DNA of 58,069 bases, filler included, from Basidiobolus ranarum (taxonomy: Eukaryota): assembly GCA_040143965.1 (NCBI GenBank). It is 8 parts of 8 records of this genome, joined end to end, with 100 filler letters (N's around TTAATTAATTAA, not from the genome) between each part and the next. Parts side by side here need not be neighbours in the genome. Positions count along the whole stretch, not along the records: positions 21,863 to 29,042 come from JASJQH010001168.1; positions 29,143 to 36,314 come from JASJQH010001169.1; positions 36,415 to 43,581 come from JASJQH010001170.1; 5 more parts are not named here. The stretch is one strand, 5' to 3'. This document shows, piece after piece, positions 25,221 through 39,656 of this stretch. Under the pieces are notes generated by a model. That model had not been told where the DNA came from. It ran no database searches and saw nothing but the letters and a program-made list of their open reading frames with translations. The stretch's first letter is position 1. Every line of letters begins with the position of its first letter. A program made the position numbers and the translations under genes.

Positions 25221-28200
25221 AACTAGGAGCTCATCAAGACCACAATGTATTTTGACATTCTCCTAAGGTGTACTTCACCATTTTTACAACAAAAGTTATT
25301 AACCTGGTTGACCCAGGTCTAGAAACAAGTTTGCTCATCGTCCAAACTGACAACACTTATGCAAACATATATCACGTGATTTGGGCCTAATATATTCCTG
25401 TACAGGTGGTCAATATTAGAGTTTGGCATGGATAATATTATTTAAGGACTATCACCTGACTCTTAATGCGTTCTTTCAAACCAAGCTCTCTACTTGTTTG
25501 CTTTAGCATGTATAAAATATTGAATCGACAGCTAATAGTTGTGGTCATAAACTTGAAGAAGACACATTGCTGGCATATGATTATCAAAATATTCCCAAAC
25601 ATTCTGGTTTCATCAATTTGATGACTATGGATAACCCAATATGTAATCCACATTCATTTTCATTTCAATCTTCCTTTACTAGTAAATTAACTGTAGTTTT
25701 CCAATCATCAATATTAAGCTATACCGAGTTATCCAATGATAGCGTGAAATATCAACACAAGAACCTCTTACTTTTAGTTGGACTGCTTCTATGATACTGA
25801 CCTCATTTCTCAATTCTTGCACTTGTACTCGTAGCTGGTATTTATCAAAATAATTGGAAATTCTTCAACACTACTTTTCCACCCACCCAAAAGAAATAGC
25901 ACACTAAAATCTAAAAATCACGATGATTACGTTCTTGCATCAGCGTTTACCTTTGGGTGAAATTGAAAAGTGAATCCTGGTCGAGAATCTACTACTATCT
26001 TTATCTTATCAATCGTGAATAATATGATAAAAAAAGTAGTTTTCCACAAGTATAATATTGTCGATGAAAGAAACGCGATTGAAGTTCAATCGTGACATTG
26101 ATACTAGCAAATCTCTGCTTCAGTTGTTCGCAGTCAGTGTTATCACCTCTTCTAGTTCAAAAATGGCCCCATGAGGCCGGTGTTTGGACGTTTACAAGTT
26201 TCCCTTGATATTGGAACTAGTTAAAGCCTATTTAGCTACTGAGTTATACACAGTAGCATGAAAACTCATCAACCTACCATTTTAAATGATAGAGTTGCGG
26301 TCATATTCAGAGATGGCACCTGTAAATTCAGGCACTAACTTAACCTCTTGATACGTTCTCAATCGAAGAAGTTTAGTTCCGTATTCTATTTAGGTCCACA
26401 CCGTTAAGATATCGGCGATTTTTATTTTGCGATACAATATTGTAACCATTTGCTGTGGGGATATAATCATCCGATGAAGGGATTCCAATCCATATAGTGT
26501 TTGATTAATAGATGTATGGATTTCTGCGGGTGTAGTAGTGGTCAGGTCTTAAACATATGGGGCCAGAGGCAGTCGGGATTCAATAGCTCTTCCCTTTGAG
26601 CCTATTAACCGACATATATATGTATACAGATATTTGGAAATAAGTTTCAAGAACCCTTGTGGTGTGCCTAGTTTCATATTCATACACCAGTGGATCACCT
26701 ACTTCGTTTGGGGATGAAAAGCATTTTGTGCAACAGTTTATAGCCTATATAACTGTAAATCTAGTTAATTAGCGCATACAGTACAGTTGTTAATAAAGTT
26801 AAAATAGATTTAACATTTCCCATGTTGGACTACCTAAATATATGAACCGAGAAGAACTGTTGCACCCAGAGAATACATGTAGCTGCGAAAAAGCAACAGT
26901 GTTGAGATAGTATAACTCAGTTATTTCCCCTCTAGACCAATTCAGGATTTACAATGAATAAAGGCTTACATTCTCACTCTCAAGTTATTATTTCAGAGCC
27001 TTACGTTACATTTTTCATTTCAAAAGTCATTCATATTGCCTACATTACAAAATATGCCAATACATAGAAATACAGTTACGGTAATGTACGTACCACAAAG
27101 TCAATCTCCATGCATGTAACAATATGGAACTACTTTTGTCATGTTTGTTTAGCGTACCAAAATAATCTTTAGGATAAATCAGGCCTCTGGTAATCCTTGA
27201 GCTGTGTACCAAGTGGTTCGTAAATGAAAAGTTCTGAGTGTAGAATTCCTAAACAAAATGATACATATGCTGTGGAGGTCATACATTCAACTACCTAAAT
27301 ATTCCTTTATTAAAAGCCATATATAACTTGGCGTACTGATTCATTTCAAATTTACAACTTATAGTATCTCGATATACAAGAAACTAGCAATGTTATCACT
27401 GCTATGTCCGATTTATTTACATTCTAGTAATATCATCTTGATTGCTAAGCTAGTCGCCAAGTCATTAATGATATTGTAAGTCAACGAATCAACACGGAGG
27501 AAATAATGACTCCAACAGAATTTCATTCGATTTCTTTTTCAATGCTTCATGCTTCATACTGGTACCCTGCGAACCATTACATGATATCCCTTGATTATGG
27601 CTTCCTTTGGTATCGTAAAGTTTTCTGGAGGCTATCTTAGTTCTTTAAGGCCATCTTGCATACATTTCTATTTTTCTTTCGAAGTACTAAAATTAAGCAA
27701 GTATTTGCAAGCCATATCTATCAAGTTTGGTACGTATTTGCTGAATGTTTAAAGGTCGAAATTGTAACATTTACTTAGGATCTCTATATATAAGCTTACA
27801 GGGTGGTTTTGTGAAACCAACACATTGGTTTTTCATCCTAAATATATATATACAGTAGCGTATATACTGTTATCAGACTCTTCACTACTTCATTGGTTCT
27901 GTGAATAAACCAATTAATGGTTCAACCTCAGAAATAATTAATATGGTAAAATCCAGCATCTTTGCAAAGTGCTTATCATGCTCCCCTTAAGAGTTAAATA
28001 TTTGATCTCCATTGTAGCAGTTAATCACAAATCAACCTGTGGTGAGAGTGAATAAGAAGTGTTACTAACAGACAACTGTGTGTGCATCCCCACTCTTGGG
28101 AATTGTTCAACTCCAAAAGTAGAACGGGGACAAGATACATTCATATGTGTTGAGATCTGTCTAGCAATGAGTAATGTGGATTTTAGTCGAGCTACCAATT

Positions 28201-28459
28201 GTGCCCGCACAAGCATATGCTTTGTATAGGTGCATGAAGGATGAACCAATAATTTGGTATTTGTGCTCTGTATTGGCCATAACAGATCCAAGAATATCAA
28301 TAATATCAAAAGCACTCAATAATCAAATTTACTATCCCATACCTCACATGCTCAACTATTTCATATATCGCATCCCAGTTAGTTAGCAATATTAAAGTAA
28401 ATATCGTAAGTTCAGAATCTGAACATATAGAAATGATATATTAGATTTATCCAGGAGTT

Positions 28460-29042
28460 GGTAAACAGTGCGAGTTAAACTGGGGAAATAGGAGATCCAG
28501 GTCTTCTGGTGGGGACTATGGCAGCATACAATAGTATTGAAAGTGCCATAGCTCAAGTATCTATATAGTCATATAGTTAGCTTCCTAAATATGCTTGTTT
28601 TTATTGAATATCTTCAATAGGAAATTACTTAGAAAATATATTCACCAACTTGGAAGTTTGAGGATAATATCATTTTCTCAAACTTATCCAAGAGACCCCA
28701 GACTTGGTACACTTGTTCCTGGAACCTTCCTGAACATTTCTACATGTTAGTCTGCCTACTTTTTGACAGAAGGATAAATATCAACTTGCAGATGTGTTAG
28801 ATATTTATTCTTTATTCAACATCATAGTTAACTTTAGTTATGATACATATATCAGAAACAGAAAACAACGTATCTATAGCCCCTATATTCTAAATAGGAA
28901 TATCTCTATATCTATATAACAAGTATGTCTCATTACCCCCACTTATCTATTATATCTTATTACACAAACTCCTGAATATCTCAAACAATTGATTTACTTT
29001 TCTACTATATAAGTCACCATATACTCTTAAGAATAAAGTAAC
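28460..29042 (+). mobile_element. possible decayed copia 3' end and LTR start
   Basis: NWGNRRSRSSG (~28478-28510) echoes the copia RNase H DWAG...RRSTSG motif. TGTTAGAT at 28795 begins an AT-rich LTR-like stretch. The region is CpG-poor. Weak support only. Confidence 0.25.
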
Positions 29043-29142
29043 NNNNNNNNNNNNNNNNNNNNNNNNNNNNNNNNNNNNNNNNNNNNTTAATTAATTAANN
29101 NNNNNNNNNNNNNNNNNNNNNNNNNNNNNNNNNNNNNNNNNN
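29043..29142. other. artificial contig linker
   Basis: N44-TTAATTAATTAA-N44. Confidence 0.99.
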
Positions 29143-29679
29143 AGAGTTGGACCCTCTTCTGCACCTCCTTGTATCCTCTCTTTCAGTTGGTTATATATAA
29201 GTTTCCCCACCCTAAGCCATTCTAATCATTGGGTTTATGAATATTGATGGGTCATGGGGTATACATAGTCAGTATTTAGGCTGAAACCATCGACCCTTCG
29301 TCATCAATTTAATCATCATGAAACGTCTACTAAGAAAGATGGGTGTGAGTACAGGTGTGAGTAGGGGTGGGTACGGGAATGGGAATGGGTACTAGTATGG
29401 GTTAGGTGTGGGGATATGGGTTTAACTATCATGGCATTTGTATCGGTGATGAAAATGTGGCCAGTGTCTAGACTCTCTTGTATCTACAGATATTTGATTG
29501 GATGAGCTTCTTCCTTTGTTGGTTAATTGTAAGTCTAATGAAATCATCTAAAAGATATACCTAACTTGGCAATTAATCATATGGTTTTATTAGATGTCAT
29601 GAGGAAATAGATGACATAGAACTATGAAGGAAAGGTAAATAGAACATGGCACGGCCAACAAAAAAATTACTAAAAGTTG

Positions 29680-29769
29680 GGGGGGAAGTTGGGGAGGAAG
29701 GAGAAAAGAAAGGCAGGGAAGGGAAAGGAAGAGAAAGAAAAGGATAGGATAGGATAGGAAGGGAAGGGG
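29680..29769 (+). repeat. polypurine tract with (GGATA)3 microsatellite
   Basis: About 90 nt almost entirely A/G, including ggataggataggata. Confidence 0.85.
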
Positions 29770-30000
29770 TTTCACGTAGAGTAAACCTGGAATATTGGTC
29801 AAAGAAGGAGTAAAGTTGTATGCTACAAGATTTAGCTAGCAAAAAATAACACTAGGTCAGGCTAGAGCGGCAATAATTACAATGAGGAACTGGCAAATGT
29901 AAATACAGACTCATTCCAAATAGTTCTATATAAAGCGGTAAAAAGAGAAACGCTGTGAGGAAAGGAAGGTCGAGTATGAAGTCAGTATGGTGCTTAATTT

Positions 30001-30348
30001 TCAAAGACTTAATTTTTCTGAATCTTCGGAAAGGTTGGAAGCCGCTAGAGAAAGACTAGGCTTAAGGGGAGTATCGGGTCGTCTAAACTGAGAGATAACT
30101 TGTTCCCTAGCAGTGGCTTGTCTTATAGTAGTCTGCTCAAACCGACGGCTCTTTAATTCTGAGCTACGGAAGCGGTAGCCAGAGTTTTTCACAGGCTTTC
30201 TGGTCTCTGACTGGCTTTGTTTGCCAATATCAGCCATGATTTGGAGGACAGGGTCATGTCTTAATCGATCCACAAAGCGAAGAGGACCCTCAAAAGGAGA
30301 GGCAGTATTGAAGCGAGCAGGTGGAACGTAATTTGATACGGTGGCCAT
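30001..30348 (-). CDS. hypothetical protein (~115 aa, MATVSNYVPPARF...)
   Basis: ATG-initiated ORF with higher GC and protein-like composition than its flanks. No recognisable motif. Confidence 0.4.
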   Translation of the reverse strand: MATVSNYVPPARFNTASPFEGPLRFVDRLRHDPVLQIMADIGKQSQSETRKPVKNSGYRFRSSELKSRRFEQTTIRQATAREQVISQFRRPDTPLKPSLSLAASNLSEDSEKLSL

Positions 30349-31614
30349 TGATGTCAAATATATATGTTTGAGGCTTTATTGAAGCACAGGTTATCTAAAG
30401 GAGTTCTGGTGTTTTGCTTCTAACAATGTTAAAAGTATGAAGAAGAGAAGAGGGAATATTAGTTAAATGATAGATAATTGAGATATGGAGGGGTATTTGT
30501 ACAAACCGAGTGGAGCCTAAGAAAAGTCCCTCGATTTTCCTACTACTCCCCCCAGGGTTGGAGTAGCAGATCACAGGAATATAGGGTGATCAATGGAAGC
30601 CCTATTCCAGACAAATCAAGAGAGTGTATCCCATAGGGTGGTGGATGCCGCTTTTAGTAGTGACTGTTTCATTGAGGGACTACAGAGTGATTTTCTCCAC
30701 CGGGATCAGCAGAGTAGAAACGAATCTTCGGTTTCAAACTGATCAGGAGGTCTTGTGATCAAAAGGCGAGATCCACGACATTAAACATGAGATTAAAACA
30801 ATCAAGTACACCTTTGCACCAATATCCTGTCAGGCTTAAGAGAGCGGTGGAAAGGCTCTTGGAACTCACCCAGTCATCGCCTAGTGAGGAGCTTGTCATA
30901 ACGTAGCTTCATCTTGTGCTTCTGAAACGGCAATATTCTAATCTGCACATTTTTGATGGAATTTTGGAATGTTGAATGTTGAAAATTCTCCTTAACTTTC
31001 TTGGCCAGGCCTTTCTCCTGGCATTGTGTACATGGATGCATTATTGTATGGATCTTTACATTTCCGTGAACAAAGGAGTTGCTGGACAATTTACAAGCCC
31101 ACTATTCTTGATTACCTTGCTCATTACAAATTACCGATTTATTACCTACATGATATGGGCTATGAGTTATAGGAAAGCCAGCGCCGCTGCGAGTACGACT
31201 ATAGGTGCGAGTGTGAGCTATAAGACTCTATGCCATCATTGATTGGAACCCAGTATTGGCGTAATACTAGAAGCCAAAAGTTTACCCAATGATATGGGGT
31301 GACTGGCCTAATGTATATATATCCCAACTCCATTGATCTAAGCAACTCTTGAACGAATCAGGTTGTGAGCGTGGATCACTCAGCGATATTTTTTTCAGCA
31401 AAACTCCATAGTTTCTAAAGCGTATAGTGAATGAGTCAAGGTTTAGTCTCGACCATGCATTCACAAGATATTCTACAATAGATCACCTAATCCTATCCCT
31501 AAACCCATAGAGTGCATGTTCATCAATATTGGCTTGCGAATCGTTGAACCGTTGAATAAAGGAATGAATGAGATAGATGGATGATGATGATGATAACACC
31601 AGAGTGTATCTGGA

Positions 31615-31998
31615 TTAGGGTTAGGGCTGGACTAAACAAAACCACCCTTCTTACAGTGTTTGAAACCAAGTAGAATAATAATATATCCTTCATCGATTGA
31701 TTTCTCTGTCCATTTGATGAACTCTGCTGATAATCGGGCATTTCTTCACAATTACAAATTAAGGGTTAGGGTTAGAGCATCTATTAATATTTGTTTGAGT
31801 TCCGGTTTTCTGCGATACAATTACTGAAAAAAGCGTAAGGTATTTAGGAAAAGAATCAATGCGCTTCTCCATACATAAATGAAGTCTGCTATAGGGTTAG
31901 TATACTTGGGACTATTAAAATCAAGTAGGGTTAGGGTAACTTGGGAATGTAATTTACATTAGCACAGAGCAGATTGAATCAAGTAGGGTTAGGGTTAG
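31615..31998 (+). promoter_or_regulatory. cluster of short TTAGGG (telo-box-like) motifs upstream of the CAF16-like gene
   Basis: Five same-strand blocks at 31615-31626, 31762-31775, 31892-31900, 31926-31937 and 31984-31998. A 19-bp direct repeat AATCAAGTAGGGTTAGGGT lies at 31919 and 31977. The regulatory role is inference. Confidence 0.5.
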
Positions 31999-32280
31999 AT
32001 GAGTGAATGCCAATAGCACAGGAGCTCTGGCGATAGAGACTAGAATCCGATGAAGGACGAAAATTCAATTTGCGTAGATCGTAAAGTTGGCTGTTCGGAC
32101 CTTGATGTTACCGATTTGAGTAATTGAGGTGTACGGCAATCGAATATTTGGGTTAATTTGAATAAACTATATAACCATTTGGATGAGCATTTCGATGAAT
32201 GGTATCTTTTACTTTTGAATAAAATCCCATACAATCTTGACCATTATTTTTTATCATATCCATTCAGACTTCTTTCAAAA

Positions 32281-33336
32281 ATGACTGGTTCTCCTACTAT
32301 TCAAGTAACAAACTTAAATTTTGACTTTGGAGGCCCCGCTATTCTCAAGGAGCTCAATCTATCTTTGAATTCTGGTTCAAGATGTCTCTTGGTAGGCGCC
32401 AACGGTGCTGGCAAGTCAACTTTACTACGAATCTTATCAGGAAAGCGTTTGGTCCACAGTGAAGTAAAAGTGCTAGGAAAAGACGCATTCAAGGATCGCC
32501 CACCGGTATTTTCCCTTTACATTTCGAATAATAATTGGTTGGTTGTGCTTATATTCTTTTACTAGGGTGTTACCTACCTTGGAACCGAATGGGCCGCAAA
32601 CCCTGTCGTTAGAAGTGATATCGTAGTTAGCCATCTAATCAGAAGCGTTGGAGGAGATAGATTCCCTCAACGCAGAGATTTACTTATGGATATCATGGAT
32701 ATTAATCCTAACTGGCATATGCATGAGGTTTCAGACGGTGAAAGAAGACGAGTACAAATAGTAATCGGACTTTTAGAACCATGGAAAATATTACTCCTGG
32801 ACGAAGTAACTGTAGACTTGGACGTTCTCGTAAGAACCGACCTACTCAATTTCTTAAAATGGGAGACGGAGCAACGTGACGCTACCATTGTAAGTGTTTT
32901 CTGAAAGGTTTAGTTATTCAGAGTTCCTTATGTATCTAATCATTAATCTTTGCTTATCTACTCTAGGTTTATGCTACTCATATTTATGACGGTATGTATT
33001 CAATTGTCAGTTTTCTCAACAATTCTGTTCTTACTCTTCCTTACATTAGGCATTGGTAACTGGCCTACACATATCGCTCGTATAGCCCAAGGAACGGTGA
33101 CTGAACTTGTGGATTACAACCATTTCCCAGAGTTGGATGAAGTCAAAAACCAACCTGGAGTTGTATTGGATTCCCCGTTGTTGCGTTTGGTAGAACGTTG
33201 GTTACGAGAGGATTCCAAAGAGGTTAAGAAGAAAAGACGTGAGTTACGTGGGCTCAAAGAGCATACAAAGTGGGATGAATTGTCCGAGAATGTGGACAAA
33301 TTTGGTGACAAATATTACAACTATTGGAAGATATAG
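32281..33336 (+). CDS. CAF16: CAF16-like soluble ABC ATPase (exons 32281-32505, 32566-32889, 32967-32991, 33050-33336)
   Basis: Walker [43 protein letters not shown], Walker [13 protein letters not shown] and H-loop VYATHIYDG...WPTH. All three introns are GT-AG and keep the frame. Confidence 0.92.
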
Positions 33337-34227
33337 GATTTGATAATAAATTTGGTAATTAATATTTGAAATTTGGTGAATTTCCAACGAAAATACAAGC
33401 ATTTGATGTTGTATGTGCAAAGATTTATTTTCAAGAGATACATTTAACGAGAGTACAAAGAACTTGATGAAAAAATATTTCTCCGGGTTTCAAAATCCAA
33501 ACAGGCCATTAGAGCAGACTCTGCTCAGGCTTGTTCACTTCTGTTCTTGGTCACCCTCTTTACAGTTATATTTAAATTTAGTATACTCCATTTGTGCAGC
33601 TAAGGCTTCCCTAAAATTTGCTACTGCTTCGGATTCATCACCTCGACGTTTTAAAGAGCCATAATGATATTTATATGGTAATTGTTGTTGTTCGCGCAAA
33701 CGGTCCAGGATCTTCCCACCTTCAATAAATCTTAATAATAGCTAGTAAGAAAAGACTTTTTAACTTCAGTAAACGAACTGAATAATTACCCAGAAATCAA
33801 TAAGAAAGTGGCGATAAGTAAAATTAATCTTAGTGACATAGTATATAAATCGAGTTTAAGGATATGACAGAAACAACGTAGAACCTTGGTTCTTTATATA
33901 TATAACCATATATCCATACATATGGTATCTTAGTCCTCACCATCCACATTCACGACCCTGATGTCAGCATATCTTGTCTATACCCCAAGAATGAATGAAT
34001 GCTTGTTGATGATAGGTGCAGCCAGGTAATCTCACACGGCATACATTTAGACTGTACGATATATAGTCACTACTCACGATAGTTGCCATCTGGATTGGTC
34101 CAAAAATATAAAAGGCACACAATACCGTCCTACTGAAACTTCACATGTGTATATGAGCGAACATCTAGGAGAGCTCCTTTATATAGAGTAATCTCGTGGA
34201 AATCTTTAGTGTTTTCAAAAATTGTTG

Positions 34228-36033
<1,806 letters not shown>

Positions 36034-36314
36034 TTCAATGAAATATATCCTACGTCAGAGAACATGAACTACAATAAATGCTAGAAATTGAACAAGCTAA
36101 TGACGGTCACGCGTAATCTAAATATGGTACATGTAGATATTGAGAGTATAAATTCTTTTGAAGCTTTAAAGTTTTAAATCATTACTAGTTCATATCACAC
36201 ATTTGCCATATATATATTGTAAGAAATTAGTTAGCATAAATACATTCATGTGGTTCTTAACATACAGCGAACGTGAGCTAGGCTAGGATAATATTTATAG
36301 AAACCAGAATTACT

Positions 36315-36414
36315 NNNNNNNNNNNNNNNNNNNNNNNNNNNNNNNNNNNNNNNNNNNNTTAATTAATTAANNNNNNNNNNNNNNNNNNNNNNNNNNNNNN
36401 NNNNNNNNNNNNNN
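36315..36414. other. artificial contig linker
   Basis: N44-TTAATTAATTAA-N44. Confidence 0.99.
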
Positions 36415-37419
36415 ATACCGCTGGCTGGTCTTATTTGTACTGACTGAATTTAAGCAGATCTAACCGGTTGGAACAGTCGTAAATGGTGCTATGGGGAAAG
36501 GCCTTAGAATTTTATCGCAATCATCAGTTCTTGTAGTATTTTTACTACCCATTTCATGATTCAGATGTTATCCCCTCCGTAAATAGTTATGAGAAGGCGA
36601 ATCCAGCTGATTTATCAGTAATAGCTCTTTAATTGGATCTACAAGGCTCAGGGTAATCATCACACTGATCGTTTGCTTGTAATACATCCAGACTTGATCG
36701 TGTTATTAGTGATCCCAGATCGGCTTGTATTCATGGGAGAATATGTATCTATATGAGACCTAGCCAATGTAAGATTGATTAGGCACCACCCAATAGCAAT
36801 CCTTATTCACTCGTGATTAAACGGGAATTATTTATAAAGGAACATTTAACTTGGGGAAGATGACTCCATATACTGTTAGTGAATTTTTAACGACATACAA
36901 GAAGAAAAGTCAAGGTTAAGAGAACTTCTGCTTTACTGTCGAAGAGTTAATAACATCCATATAGACTGATTTACTTGATACGAGAGACTGCTATAGACTT
37001 GCGGATATTGGAAAGAGAGAATTACTTCTTGCAAGAATACAATTATGGAAACTTGGAGTTGAACCTTAAATCAAGTACACGTGCCTGGACTGTGATGTGA
37101 TATACCCAGAATAGCTTGGCGAAAACTGTCGAAAGTGATCGAAAAATTGCCATTATTGTCCAATTGGTAAAAACAATGGAAGATTTAAGCCAATGAAAAT
37201 GCAATCTTTGATGCTGGATTTCAGGAGGCTTGTATCGTGGCGATGGATGTTGCGTTATGGTCTGTGGATAATATTTTTGTGAGAGGGGGGCAAAGGAATC
37301 GGACTATATTTCAGGACCGAGTAAAAGAATTGCTTTAGATTTTTTAGCTACATAGAGTAGCGACTCCAACACATACATAAGGATTTACAACAATCTACCA
37401 AAATTTACTGCTGACCATG

Positions 37420-38734
37420 AAAGAATTTATGATAAACGTGATGAGCACACTCCAGATGATTAGATCAAGAGAAACCCAGGTCTAATTATACTTACTGGTA
37501 AGCACCCTCTAAATGCGGGACCCTCGCTATCTCGTCTATACGATGAGGGTTACTCGCAACTCCTCCTTTACTCTTAACTTCCTCTTTTATGTATGTAACC
37601 ATGCTCTAGAAGTCACAGGCTTGTTGACATTCACAGAATATTTTCTGTGAACGAATTGGCTGCTTTATCCAAGAGATAATTCCTCGTTACGTTCCCTTAC
37701 GCTGGAAACCGTGTCAGAAAAGTTAACCTTCCTAAACAATCCAAATGTTTTAATTGTGAATCTGGTGGTGTCTCTACATCCGTATTTGGCGGTGTCATTC
37801 TATGTGACTTGTTGTTAGCCTCTGGAGTCCGAATCCCAAAGGAAGATGAGGAGGACCGGCATGTCCACTTTGAAGGTGCCGAAATGCTTCCAAATGGAAT
37901 TTCTGCTACTAGTGCTAGTCACCAATATATTATGGGCCCGCGTAATGAGGTGCTTGTGTCGTATGAGATGAATGGAGAGATAATTTCTCTAGTAAGACTT
38001 CTCTCACCAGGAATTATTGGTAGTGGTACGGTCGAGTGGGTGAAGAGGATTTTTGTCTCTGAACTGAATCGGATAATTGGTGTCATATTATATTTACGAT
38101 AATCGTATTATTACATCTCATGTTAAGCCTGAAGAAACCCTTACAGATAAATGGTAGCAATACTCTAGTTGTATCATTAATCCAATGAACAGCAATTCCG
38201 CTTTCACATATCTAGAAGAAGACCCGATAGCCTCTGTTTCTCAGAGAACTCTCAAATGCTGCAGTTATGCCTACACTGGAAGTGGCAATAAGATTACTCG
38301 TATTGAGTTATTTCTGTTACGTCAATATCACTTGGAACACACGGAGTCAAATGAACAACGCTTATTTCAGCTTAAAGATGGACCTTGAAGAGAATTCAGA
38401 TAATGAAATGGTCTATCTATTTGAAAACCCTTGTCTTATGCAAATATCGTAAGTGGTTGGATGGTTTCAAAGAAAAATAGGCACTAACCAGAAGCTTCAA
38501 TTAACGGTACTTCAAAGGTTGGTAAAACTTATACATAGGAAGAGGTTAATAAGCCCAACAAACCTGACGATTGTTCAGTTATCTCTAATGAGGGGATTCA
38601 CAACGTGACGGGATTTCATTAAGCTGCATCCTGGAGGAGCTGATAGTATTATTATTAATGTTTGTGGTGATAGTACCGAAGACTTTGTATCGGTTCACTC
38701 AGCTAATGCATGTAGCATATGGAAGAAATATCGT
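37420..38734 (+). pseudogene. niaD: eukaryotic assimilatory nitrate reductase pseudogene (Moco, dimerisation and cytochrome b5 domains; FAD/NAD(P)H domain not seen)
   Basis: In order, across frameshifts: DKRDEHTPDD*IKRNPGLIILTGKHPLN, LFYVCNH, YAGNR...GGVSTSVFGGV, HVHFEGAEMLPNG, VSYEMNGE..VRLLSPGIIGSGTVEWVKRI, YAYTGSGNKITRIE, TWNTRSQMNNAYF, FENP..GWM, HPGGADSIIINVCGDSTEDFVSVHS. These are colinear with plant and fungal NR motifs. Confidence 0.9.
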
Positions 38735-39656
38735 AAAACAAGTTTGTCAATACTCCTGCCCTCTCGCCAACGAAAGGCGATAAAGTACCCAATTGTCCTC
38801 AATAACTCTGCTGCCTCATCCTCGTTGGATTTGCAATATTAATTCATTTCTCTACATCCACAATTACATCCAATAGTAGTTCATCATCATTGCATATTCG
38901 AAGCACAATCTGTGCGGTGGTTTTAACAATATAATAAGTAAACCTGATTCTATCTATTTCAATCTACCTTTAGCCAATTAAGTTCATCAAATTCAAATGG
39001 GTTAGATGGTGATGCTTTAGTTGCATTGACAAGACTCCACTTAATACGTCACAACATCGTTTATGCATCCAATCCAGAAATACCCGAGCCACTGAAGCGC
39101 CTACTGCAGTAACAATCACCGTGCGCGAAGGTTGTATCCAATATGGTAATAGAAGCTCGAGGAATCAACAAGATAATTGAAATTTGATCAATTTAGTGGG
39201 TAAAGCGGATCAAGCGAGAATAATTAACTACCTGTAAGAATGTCATCCAAATCCTGATAGTAAGCTTGCTCGAAGGCTGCACCAAGAGGTGGACAAAGAT
39301 ACAGAAATATGGCCAAGCGATTCGTTTACAGTTGATAATTGTGATATATACCTGACTGTTCGAATTTCATAAATTTCTATGCACATCAAATTGAACCCCA
39401 AAAACTTGAATTTTCACTTATGTTCCTCAAATCAGCTGCGTACTCTGATTTCATATGATTATGACTTTGTATATCCGTACCAGTAGCATCATGTTACCTG
39501 TAGTATCCTTTAATTAGACGATAATCTTTGACTTATAATTGTGAGCCAAGAGAAATCCACTACATTACTTGCCATACAGCAACTGCTGTGACAGAAAGGT
39601 GGGAACAGCTATAAGGGTTAATACTGGAGTGGAAATACTCACATAAATACAATATC

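Noticed and set aside
28025-28315. FGVEQFPRVGMHTQL as a Helitron Rep (VE.Q.RG..H.H) motif
   Set aside because: The resemblance is too weak, with no other Rep or helicase motifs nearby.
31615-31998. True telomere or chromosome-end fusion
   Set aside because: There are only 1.5-2.5 repeat units per block, interspersed in unique sequence in mid-contig.
38950-39350. Continuation of nitrate reductase (FAD/NADH domain) or another gene
   Set aside because: No RxYTP or GGTGITP-type motifs are recognisable on either strand. Some minus-strand exon-like text is present but unidentifiable.
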